Positions 1 to 13,609 of a DNA stretch of 64,000 bases are shown here, piece by piece (within the stretch, counting starts at the first letter, position 1; every line of letters begins with the position of its first letter). The notes below the pieces were generated by a model, which had not been told where the DNA came from, did no database searches, and saw only the letters and a program-made list of their open reading frames with translations. Origin of the DNA: an uncultured Ureaplasma sp. (GTDB lineage: Bacteria > Bacillota_I > Bacilli_A > Mycoplasmatales > Mycoplasmoidaceae); the NCBI GenBank assembly GCA_902789825.1, contig CADAPK010000002.1:18275-82274 (forward strand). The letters are read 5' to 3'. A program made the position numbers and the translations under genes.

Positions 1-898
1 TACTGAAATTTCTGATGCCAAGATGGAAGATGGTTCACTACGTGCGGACATTAATTTATCTGTCAAATTATATGGAACCAAAACATTAGGAACACGAGTT
101 GAAATAAAAAATCTTAATTCTTTTTCTAACATTAAAAAAGCAATTGAATATGAAGTTGAAAAACATATTTCTTCGCTACTATTGAATAAACCAATTATTC
201 AAGCAACAAAAAAATGAGATGAAAAATCGAGCAAAACAATATTTATGCGTGAAAAAACTAGTGAAAAAGAATATCACTACATTTGCGAACCTAATATTCC
301 GACAATTAAATTAACGAAAGAATTTATCAATAATGCGATAAAAAGTATGCGATTTGATTGTGATAAAATCGAAAAAGATTTATATCAAAATAATGTTGAT
401 CATAAAATTATTGAAATTCTGTTAAATAATTTTGATTTATTCAAAATTTTTCATTATGTTACAAATAAAATTGATGATTACAAATTAGCAATCACATGGA
501 TTATTATTGAATTAGTTGGTTTATTGAAAAAAGATAATTTTCCAATTAAGAATTTTTCAAAAACAAAAATTGACCAAATCGTTATCATGCTAAAACTTTT
601 AAAGGATGGAAAGATTAATAATAGACAAGGAAAAAAAATAATCGTTGAAATATATAAAACTAATGCTTCTGTTGAACATATTATTGATAAGTTCAATTTT
701 AAACAAATTACTGATGAAAAAATGTTGAATTCACTTCTCATGCAAATTATTTCTTCAAATCCCAAACTCATCAAAGAATACGATACACGACCAGAAAAAG
801 TAGAAAAAATGATCATCGGAAAATTAATGGAAAAGACAAAAGGTCAAGCTAATCCTGTTTTATCTATGTCATTATTAAAAAATATTTTAAAGAAATAA
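1..898 (+). CDS. gatB: Asp/Glu-tRNA amidotransferase subunit B, C-terminal part (5' end outside window)
   Basis: Frame is open from the window edge. Track ORFs 23..217 and 245..898 share one frame and are joined by a single TGA (..ATKK-W-DEKSSK..). Peptide ..[35 protein letters not shown].. matches the GatB core and helical tail. TAA at 896-898. Confidence 0.9.
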
Positions 899-1530
899 TG
901 AGTCGCTTACGTGCAATAAAAAATGCAAGTGATTTGATAAAAAATCACCCTTTAATTCTTAAGCAAAATAAATTAATCAAAAAGAAAAAAATAAATTTTT
1001 ATCTCGAAATTGGATGCGGAAAAGGACAATTTATTGTTAAACTAGCGAAAAATAACCATAACAATGAGTACATTGGTGTTGATAAATCATCAACAATAAT
1101 TTATAAAGCAATTAAAAAAATTGAAAAACAAAATCTAATTCTCAATAATCTCCATTTTATTAATTGTGATGTAGAAAAAATATTTGATATTTTTAAGCAT
1201 AGAATATTTACAAAAATTTTTATAAATTTTTGTGATCCTTGGCCAAAAAAAAGACATGAAAAACGTCGTTTAACATCGCTCTCATTTCTTTTACTATATA
1301 AAAAAATATTGAAAAAAAAGGGATTAGTTGAATTTAAAACTGACAATGATTTACTTTATTCATTTACTTTAAAGATCTTGCAAAAGAATAAATTTAAGAT
1401 CGTTTATTTTACAAATGATTTATATAAAAATTTGAATAATAAATTTAATTATGATAATGTTTCAACGGAATATGAAGAAAAATTTATGAAAAAAAATAAA
1501 AACATCAACAAGATTATTTGGCAGTACTAA
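898..1530 (+). CDS. trmB: tRNA (guanine-N7)-methyltransferase
   Basis: 210 aa. SAM-binding LEIGCGKGQF and the FCDPWPKKRHEKRR motif are typical of TrmB. The ATG overlaps the gatB stop. Confidence 0.85.
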   Translation: MSRLRAIKNASDLIKNHPLILKQNKLIKKKKINFYLEIGCGKGQFIVKLAKNNHNNEYIGVDKSSTIIYKAIKKIEKQNLILNNLHFINCDVEKIFDIFKHRIFTKIFINFCDPWPKKRHEKRRLTSLSFLLLYKKILKKKGLVEFKTDNDLLYSFTLKILQKNKFKIVYFTNDLYKNLNNKFNYDNVSTEYEEKFMKKNKNINKIIWQY

Positions 1531-2890
1531 TTTCACCAATTAGTGAAAAAGGAGTTGCTTTTGTAATTTTAACTTTACAAAATTTACCAACATTTATATT
1601 ACCTTTGAAATTAACAATTTTTCAATTAATCGTTCGACCAGTGATCATATTATTCTTGATTTTACTTTGTCCATCAACCAAAACTTCCATTATCCGACCA
1701 ACATATTTTTTATTATTAATTTTTCCAAATTTTCGAATATATTTATTTAATTTATTGAAACGTTTTTCTTTCACCTTTAATTTTGTCTGGTCAATAATTT
1801 TTGCCGCTTCCGTTCCAACACGTGGTGAAAAAATTGCCACAAATGCATGATCAAATTTTATCTTCTTATACAATTTGATTGTATTTTTAAATTGTTTGTT
1901 TGTTTCATTTGGGAAACCAACAATGAAATCAGTTGTTATTGTAACATCAGTAATTTTCGCACGAATATATTGACAAAGTTCAAAATATTTGTTTAAATCT
2001 GTTCATCGGTTCATCTTTTTTAAAATTTCATCATCTCCTGATTGAATGGCAATATGAACATTTTTGATGATATTTGGATATTTCGCCATTACATCAACTA
2101 TTTTTTTATTGAAATTTCATGGATTAGATGCTAAAAAACGTAATCGTTTAATTCCCGTCTTTGCAACATCTTCAAGTAAATCATGAAAATAGTAATTTTT
2201 TTTTAAATCAAAACCATATGAATTAACATTTTGACCTAATAATGTTATTTCTTTACAACCATTTTTTATTAAATTTTTTACTTCTTTTATGATGTTTTCT
2301 TTAATTCTACTTCTAATCCTTCCGCGGACAAAAGGGACAATACAATATGTACAAAAATGATTACATCCATACATAATATTGATAAGTGCCTTGTGCTTGT
2401 GCGTACGATATTCAGGTATTTTTTCACAAATTTTTTTATTATTTCTTGCTCTTTTCACATAAGTTTTTTTATTCAAAATAACTTTTTCTAATATTTGTGG
2501 TAATTCATGAATGTTTTGCGTGCCAAAAACAAAATCAATGTTTGGTACTTTTTGCTTTATCTCGCTAATAATATTTTCTTCATGGGCCATACAGCCGCAA
2601 ATACCAAAATATTTAATTTTTCTTAATTTTTTTTTGTTGGCTAATAAAAATAGAGTATTTAATACTTTGTTTTCAACATTTTGTCTAATCGCACATGTAT
2701 TTAAAATTACTAAATCAGCAGAATTTTGGTCACTAACTTCTATAAAATTTAATGCAATTAAAATCGCTTTTATATTTTCAGTATCACGTTCATTAGATGG
2801 ACAACCATAAGTTTTAACAAAAAAAGATAAATTTTTCCCAATTTTTTTTTGTTTGCTTGTGATTTTAAAAATTAGATTATTATTTATCAT
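1514..2890 (-). CDS. miaB: MiaB-family radical-SAM tRNA methylthiotransferase
   Basis: Track ORFs 2117..2890 and 1622..1873 plus a tail to TAA at 1514 are one frame; the gaps contain only TGA (checked codon by codon). N-terminal TYGCPSNERD / NTCAIRQ, radical-SAM YGCNHFCTYCIVP, C-terminal TRAM-like domain. 458 aa. The 3' end overlaps trmB convergently. Confidence 0.75.
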
Positions 2891-2966
2891 TTTTCCAATA
2901 ACAATTAGCGATGATAAGTACGAAAAACATATAATTATTATAGTAATATAGGATCTGTATCATGCA

Positions 2967-3812
2967 ATGAAAATAAGAAGATTTTTTCACTATTTTTTGT
3001 GTTTATTTTTACCTATAATGTTTTCTTTATACCCAACGCAAGTATTAACAAGTTGTGCCCCCAATTTATCAAAAAAAATTGATGTTGAAATTATTAAATA
3101 TCGCGATGTTATTAATAGTATTGAAAGCGGAAATAAAACAAAAATCGAAATAAATAAAAATTCGTTTAGTGTAAAAGATTTATTATACGGAAATGTTAAT
3201 CTAAATAATGGAAATTATATTTTAATTATTGGCAGTAATACAACAAATGAAATGTGTGAATTTATGAGTGGTGATAGCACATGTAAGTTAAAAGAACAGT
3301 GAAGTAAAAATAACTACTCGTCATCGAAATTTTATCAAGCTTTTAGTTTAATTGAAAATGATATGCAACAAGATTTACCACTTGTATTTTTTATTGATTA
3401 TTTTTTTACAGCAGAAAATATTAATAGTTCCATCATTATTACAAAAAACAATAAAAAAATTGATTGGAAAAAAAGCAAAATTTCTGATACAAATATTGGT
3501 CCTTTTTCGGTTTGATCAAAAAATGATTTAGAAGTTGCTCACAATCTTAATCCAGAGTGAGATAAAGAAAAGAAAATAATTGAAGGTGATTATATTCGTT
3601 ACGATCAATCAGCAATAAATTATCGTGATTTCATTAATTATGCTAAAACAATATATGAAGGTTCCAAATCTTTTGGACTTAATAATAATTGTTATATCGC
3701 TTACTTCGTTAATGGTTATTTTAAAGAAACTCAATGTTTGCCGATTACGACAGAAAAATTTGTTGAAAAAATTGCCAATGAAAAAAATGGTCTTTATATT
3801 GAAAAAAAATAA
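2967..3812 (+). CDS. Putative lipoprotein, unknown function
   Basis: Signal peptide with lipobox (..YPTQVLTS-C-APN..). The frame continues through three TGA codons to TAA 3810-3812 (verified codon by codon). 281 aa. No family recognised. Confidence 0.6.
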
Positions 3813-4249
3813 TGAATAATAGTTGTAAGAAATATTTAAAAATTTCCTTTTGAATGCTAACAGCAACTAATTTAATCTTTTTTTTTAGTTTTCTAGTTGT
3901 TGCATTGGGTGGTAATAATCTTTCTTTTTTTTATGGTTTTTTGTTATGTTTTTTATTGCCATACACAATTCTTTTTTTGACCTTTATTAAATGAAGAATT
4001 TTTTCATTGATAAAAACTAAAAAAAAAATATTTTTTTCATTAACTTTTTCAAAAATTTTTGTGATGTTTTTTTTTATCCTTTTACCAATTATCGGTATAC
4101 AAAGTAATGTTTCGCAAGGCAGCATTATTTTTAATTTTTGGGGAATGTTGTCTCCAATAATAATTAGTTTTCTTTATTTGTTTTTAAATCAAATTTTTAT
4201 CCCGTTTTTTTTCCGCAATAAATATAATCCCACTAGTAAAGCAAAGTAA
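3812..4249 (+). CDS. Small polytopic membrane protein in the AtpI position of the ATP synthase operon
   Basis: ATG at 3812 overlaps the preceding stop (TAATG). Same frame as track ORF 4007..4249 with two in-frame TGA. 145 aa with about four hydrophobic segments, directly upstream of atpB. The AtpI assignment rests on position and topology only. Confidence 0.45.
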
Positions 4250-4251
4250 TT

Positions 4252-4995
4252 ATGGTTTTAGAATATAATCCTTGGAGTTTACAACCGCAAATTGCTTCGA
4301 TAGCAATTGTTTGTCTCATTCTAATTATTTTTTCACTAACCTATTTCTTTTATTTACAAAAACAAAAAATCAATACAGCACCAAGTGGTTTCGTTTTACT
4401 AGTACAAATATACATAAGTTTTATTCGTAATTTAATTGTTGAAATTTTTGGAATAAAAGGTGAGAAAATGACTGTTTTTTTTCTTTATCTCTTTTCATAT
4501 ATTTGCATATCAAATTTAATTGGAATTGTTGGTTTGTCTAGTCCTACTTCATCATTAACAACGACGCTTTCATTGGGATTAATGATGTGATTTGGTGTTT
4601 TTTTTGTTGGCTTTAAATATCAAAAAATATCATATTTAAAAAATTTTTGTTATTGTTTAAAAATAAAAAATAAAAAAATTCCTTTAATGATAAATCCATT
4701 AGAAGTTGTTTCTTGCATTTCACCCCTGATTTCAATATCATTGCGATTATGAGGAAATATTTTTGCTGGAGGACTAATTTTATCACTTTGATTTTATTTT
4801 ACTAACCATATTTTTGAAAAAGTACCAATTATTGGTGTTATCAATATTTTAGGAGGTTTGACTGTTGCACCACTACATGCATATTTTGATTTGTTGTGTG
4901 GAATTATCCAAACATTAGTCTTCGTCTTATTAACGATGGTTTATTGGACATTGGCAAAAGGTGAAAACATTGCACAAAAAAGCGAACAACTATAG
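4252..4995 (+). CDS. atpB: F-type ATP synthase Fo subunit a
   Basis: Track ORF 4252..4590 extends through TGA codons to TAG 4993-4995 (verified). Contains the conserved ..SLRLWGNIFAG.. arginine motif. 247 aa. Confidence 0.9.
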
Positions 4996-5047
4996 AAAAC
5001 AGCACATTTTTTGTTGAAATAATTTTAATAAATGTTTTCATTTATAA

Positions 5048-5308
<261 letters not shown>

Positions 5309-5315
5309 TGGAGCG

Positions 5316-5939
5316 ATGATAAAAAAAAATACAAAAAGAAAAAAAATAATTATTTTTACTTTAAACTCATTTTTAACATTATTTGTTCCTTTTTTATTGT
5401 CTTCATGCACACCAATAAAAGTTGAGGATATCACGACGAATTTATTACCAAATATTTGAATTTTCATCTCACACCTTATTGCATTCATCGTTTTATTAAT
5501 CGTCATAACTTTTTTAGTTTGAAAACCGACAAAAAAATTTTTGACAAAAAAAAAATCACTCATTAATAAAACTTTAGATGATGCAAAAAAAATTAGTGAT
5601 GAAGCCAACAATAATTTAAATATATCTAAACAAAGCAAAATTAACGCGATTGAAGAAGCAAATATGATTCTCAAAAACGCCCATAATAATGCTTCAAAAA
5701 TTATTAATCATGCTAAAGATGATGCAAAAAAGGAAGCACTAAAAATAATCGAAAGAACTAATTTTTATCTCGAACATAAGGAAAAAATAATGAAAAATGA
5801 TTATCAACAAAATGTTATTAAAACAGCACTCAATATTGTTGAGAATATTTTTTCTGATGAAAAAAATGATAAAAGTAAACAAAAATACATTAATGATATC
5901 TTAAATAAAATTAAAAAGGATTTTAAAAAAAATGCCTAA
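5316..5939 (+). CDS. atpF: F-type ATP synthase Fo subunit b, with lipoprotein-type signal peptide
   Basis: ATG 5316 is in frame with track ORF 5541..5939 through two TGA. N-terminus MIKKNTKRKKIIIFTLNSFLTLFVPFLLSS-C-TP has a lipobox, followed by a TM segment and a long charged helix. Located between atpE and atpH. Confidence 0.8.
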
Positions 5940-6483
5940 TAATTTAATAAATTATGCTTATGCACTTTTTTCTTCAGTAGAAAATAACAACGATAAGCAA
6001 AATATTTTTTTACAAAATATTAAATTAATTGATATTATGCTATCTTTAGAAGAAATGCGATTGTTTATCGATAGAAATTTTTATAACAAAAAAATGATTA
6101 AAAATTTTTTCAAAGAAATATGTTTCGCATTAAAAGTTGATAATTATGTTATTTATTGGTTATGAGTTATCATTGATAACGACGATTTAAATCATTTTAA
6201 AAAAATTTGTCAAGCAACTAAAGAATATTATTTTTCGATTAATAAATTTATAAATGTTGATGTTTTTTCGTCATTTATCCTATCAAAACAGGATGTGAAC
6301 ATAATCGATTCATTTTTTAAAAAATTATTGAAAAAAAAAATATTTTTAAATATTCATCATGAACCAAATTTATTTTGCGGAATTAAAATCAAATTTTTGA
6401 ATAAAACATATGATAATTCAATAAAAGCAAAATTAAATATTTTAAGAAATAAACTATTATTTTCTAACAATGAGTACGAATAA
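5932..6483 (+). CDS. atpH: F-type ATP synthase F1 subunit delta
   Basis: Track ORFs 5932..6165 and 6295..6483 share one frame, and the gap holds one TGA and no TAA/TAG (verified). 183 aa. Called by operon position and size; the sequence is divergent. Confidence 0.75.
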
Positions 6484-8031
6484 ATTAAACAAAAAACTTG
6501 TCGCTTTGATCAAAGAAAAAATTGCTAAATATTCATTAGAAACAACCATTTCATATGAAGAGGGACATGTTATTTCAAATCGTGATGGAATTGTTATAGC
6601 ATCTGGCTTAAATTCGGTAATGCTAAATGAATTAGTTTGTTTTGAAAACGGTAGTTATGGTTTAGTTTTAAATTTAGAAGCTAATTCTGTTGGAATCGTA
6701 ATGTTAGGAAAATATAACAATATTTTAGAAAATAGTATTGTTAAAAGGACAAAAAAAATTATTTCTATCCCTGTTGGTGATCAACTATTAGGTCGAATTG
6801 TGAATGCCTTAGGTCAAGAACAAGATGGAAATGGAAAAATTAAAAAGGATCACTTAATTCCGATTGAAAAAATTCCTTTCGGTGTAATGGAGAGGAAGTC
6901 AGTTGATGAACCGCTTGCTACAGGAATTTTAGCGATTGATGCAATGTTTCCCATTGGTAAGGGTCAACGAGAATTGATCATTGGTGATCGACAAACGGGT
7001 AAAACAACGTTGGCAATTGATATCATAATCAACCAAAAAAACAAAAATGTTAAATGTGTATATGTTGCCATCGGCCAACGTGAGTCCACAATTCTCAATG
7101 TTCATCAAACGCTACTAAAGCATGATGCTATGAATTACACAACTATTGTCGCAACAACTTCTTCCAACTTGCCATCATTACTTTTTTTAGCACCATATGC
7201 CGGAATTACAATCGCTGAGCACTGATTAAGCAAAGGAGAGGATGTTTTGATTGTTTATGATGACTTGTCAAAACATGCTGCTGCTTATCGAACGATATCT
7301 CTTCTTTTGCGTCGTGCCCCAGGTCGAGAAGCATATCCTGGTGACATTTTTTATTTACATTCCCGTTTATTAGAAAGAGCAGGACGTCTTAATAAAGAAA
7401 ATGGTGGTGGTTCAATTACAGCATTGCCAATTGTTGAAACACAAATTGGTGACATTTCTGCTTATATCCCAACAAATGTCATTTCCATCACTGATGGTCA
7501 ATTGTTTTTAAATGCAAATATGTTTAATGTTGGTCAATGCCCAGCTATTGACCCTAGTTTATCGGTTTCAAGAGTTGGATCAGCAGCCCAAAAAAAATAC
7601 ATTAAACAAGTTGCTAGTTCTTTGAAATTGGATTTATCGCAATATAACGATTTAAAAGTATTTTCTCAATTCGGTTCGGATTTAGATCGTGAAACAAAAA
7701 ATATCCTCGATCATGGAATGAAAACACTATTAATGTTAAAACAAGATCGAAATTCTCCTTATTCGCAATTGGAAGAAGCAGTTTTATTATTTGCTATTAA
7801 ATATCATTTTATAAAATGAATTCCTTACGATTTTTTAGTTGCCTATAAGAATGATTTATTGAAGCATTTTAAAAACCATCCATTACTAAAGCAACTATCT
7901 AAATCACTAAGTTTTGATGAAAAAATTACTACTTCTTTTACAAAGGAATTCAAAATTTTTACACATAAATTTGTAAATAAAATTTCTAACTATAAACAAA
8001 AAAATAATTATGATCTAGAGGAATTAAAATA

Positions 8032-8032
<1 letters not shown>
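6470..8032 (+). CDS. atpA: F-type ATP synthase F1 subunit alpha
   Basis: Three same-frame pieces joined by TGA. Walker [10 protein letters not shown] and ..[26 protein letters not shown]... 520 aa, TAA at 8030-8032. Confidence 0.95.
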
Positions 8033-10719
<2,687 letters not shown>

Positions 10720-10755
10720 AATGTCTTTTATCTTCTAATGTAATAAAATTAATAT

Positions 10756-10992
10756 ATGACACCAATTTTTGTTGTGATGTTTATTTTTGGGATAATCGCT
10801 TTGCTTATTGGATTACTTTTGTCAAGTAGTGGTTCAACGACTAATCTTTTATCAATAGGTGGACAAGATTTAGAATTATTTAAAAAAACAAAAGATCGTG
10901 GTTTTATCAAAATTTTACAAATGGCAATGTTTGTTGTTTCACTTGCATTAATTATTTGCGGATTTATAGCAATGATGATTAATAAAAAATAA
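10756..10992 (+). CDS. secG: Preprotein translocase subunit SecG
   Basis: 78 aa with two TM helices and a Gly/Ser-rich loop (LLSSSGSTTNLLSIGG). Occupies the conserved secG-rnr-smpB arrangement. Confidence 0.75.
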   Translation: MTPIFVVMFIFGIIALLIGLLLSSSGSTTNLLSIGGQDLELFKKTKDRGFIKILQMAMFVVSLALIICGFIAMMINKK

Positions 10993-13145
10993 TGCCATCA
11001 TCGTCTCATAAAAGTGATTATTCTAAATTAATTTTAAAAATCGTAAATAATGAAAAAAGACCAATCCCAATTGGAATAATTTTACGCAAAATATTACTAA
11101 AAATTAAAAACATCAATAAAAAAAAATTTTTTGAAAATATTAACAATCTTTTAAATTCCGCACAATTAATCAAATTAAAAAATAATAAAATTGTTCTTGG
11201 TTACCCAAAAGCAGAAATTGATCGATCAAAATTTTTTATTGGAACAATTTTTTTAAATTCTAAATTAGCAGGTTTTATTACTGAAAAATTTAAAAACGAA
11301 AGTGAATATTTCGTTCATCACACAAATTTAAATGGGGCGTTAAATGGCGATACTGTTGAGTTTGCCTTATTGAAAATTGAAAAAAGTGATCAACGATTAA
11401 AAGATGCAATCGTCACAAAAATAATTAAACGGAAAAAAAAATTTTTTGTCGGTTGTTTCCACAAAAAACAGGATGATTATTTGATTGAGAGTGATGATCA
11501 AAAAATGTATCTTCCTATTAAATTAACAAACACCTGTGATTTAATAGATCAAACAAAATATCTATTTGAAATCACTTCCTTTGAAAAAAATTATTGTTTG
11601 GCAAAAGTAAAAAAAAATATTGGTCATATTTTAGAAACTGGTACGGATGTCTTATCAATTCTTTATGACAATGGTATAAAAATTGATTTCTCACCTGAAT
11701 TATTGGATGAATGTGAAAAAATTTCATCAGATTGTGAATTTGTTTGACAACAATGTCGTAAAGACTTGACAAATTTGAATATTATTACTATTGATCCAAA
11801 AACATCAAAAGATTTTGATGATGCTTTCTATGTTAAAAAAATAAACAATGATTTATTTAAGTTATATGTTTGTATTGCTGATGTTAGCTATTATGCAAAA
11901 TGAAAAAGTAATCTCGACAAAATTGCAAGGCAAAGAGGAAATTCGATTTATCTAATCGATCGTGTTATACCAATGTTACCATTTAAATTATCGGATGATA
12001 TTTGTTCCTTAAATCCAAGTGTTAAGCGACTAACGCTAACATGTGAAATTGATATTGATAAATTAGGGGAGTTTAAAAAAATTAATGTTTACCCATCAAT
12101 TATCAAAAGTCATCAACGATACAATTATGAAGAAATTAATTCATTTTTTGATGATAACGATTTAATTACTAATGAAAAAATGAAGGAATTATTGAACGAT
12201 GCCTATGAATTACATAAAATTTTAGATTTTAAAAAGCAAAAAAGAGGATACATTAATTTTAATATTAGTGAAACAAAAATTATTGTGAACAAAAAATGTG
12301 AACCAATTGAAATTCAATTAAAACAATTAGGTGATGCGCAAAAAATGGTTGAAGATTTTATGCTTGCCGCTAATGAAGCAGTAACAATTTTTGCACACAT
12401 GCATAAATTACCTTTTATTTACCGCATTCATGATTTACCGGAACAAAAAAAAATTAATACTTTTAATATTGAATTACAAAAATTAGGAATTGAAAAAATA
12501 GATTTAAATGGAGATATCAAACCAAGCAAAATCGCTGAATGATTAAAGAAAAATGAAAATAATGAAAACATTGATTTAATAAATATTTTGTTATTAAGAT
12601 TGATGGCAAAAGCTAAATATTCGACAAAAAATACTGGACACTTTGGTTTAGCACTAAAAAATTATACACATTTCACTTCACCAATTAGACGATATGCAGA
12701 TTTAGTAGTACATCATATTTTTTGAATGTTTTTATTTACAAAAAATGAATATAACGATTCGCAAAGGAATGAATTAAAGAATGAATTACAAAAAATATGT
12801 GAAAAAGTTAACGAATGTGAAAGTATTACTGCCCAAACAGAACGTGATGTCAATAATTTTAAATTCGCACAATATATGACAAAATTTATTGGTTGTAAAT
12901 TTAGTGCTAAAGTCTTATCTGTTTCCCCATATGGTTTATTTCTTAAATTGTCTAATTCGATCGAAGGTTTTATTAAAATTAATAATTTGAAGGATGATTT
13001 TTATATTTATGATCAAAATAATTATCAACTAGTTGGAAAAAATAAAAAACAAATTTTTACACTTGGAACAAAAATATATGTCAAATGCATTATTGCAAAC
13101 CCCATTCAAAGGAAGATTGAATTTGATTTTATTCGAAGGTTATAG
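10992..13145 (+). CDS. rnr: Ribonuclease R
   Basis: Three same-frame track ORFs joined by TGA. RNB motif ..[15 protein letters not shown].. and ..[25 protein letters not shown]... C-terminal S1 domain. 717 aa. Confidence 0.92.
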
Positions 13146-13147
13146 TT

Positions 13148-13597
13148 ATGAAAATTTTAGTTAATAATAAAAAAGCTTTTTTTAATTATGAAATTTTGGA
13201 AAAATTTGAAGCCGGAATTAGTTTATTAGGTTGCGAAGTAAAAGCACTTATCACAAGTAGAAGTTCATTAGATGGTGCATTTTGCATTATTAGAAATAAT
13301 GAAGTATTTATTTTAAATATGCACATTTCGCCATATAAATATGGCGATCAAAATTTTAATTCTCAACAAAATCCTACACGAACACGAAAACTATTATTGA
13401 ATAAAAATGAAATTAGAAAAATTGATATGTTTTTAAAAAAACATCGTGCAACAATTGTACCGTTGAAGACATATTTTAATCGCAAAAAAATAAAAGTGGA
13501 AATTGCTATTGCTCGAAAAAAAAATAATAATGATAAAAGACAAGCAATCAAAGAAAAACAAGAAAAAAGAGAAATGAAAAGAATGTTAAAGTATTAA
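13148..13597 (+). CDS. smpB: SsrA-binding protein
   Basis: 149 aa. ..NKKAFFNYEILEKFEAGISLLGCEVKA.. with a basic C-terminal tail. Confidence 0.93.
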   Translation: MKILVNNKKAFFNYEILEKFEAGISLLGCEVKALITSRSSLDGAFCIIRNNEVFILNMHISPYKYGDQNFNSQQNPTRTRKLLLNKNEIRKIDMFLKKHRATIVPLKTYFNRKKIKVEIAIARKKNNNDKRQAIKEKQEKREMKRMLKY

Positions 13598-13609
13598 TAT
13601 AATTTTTAT

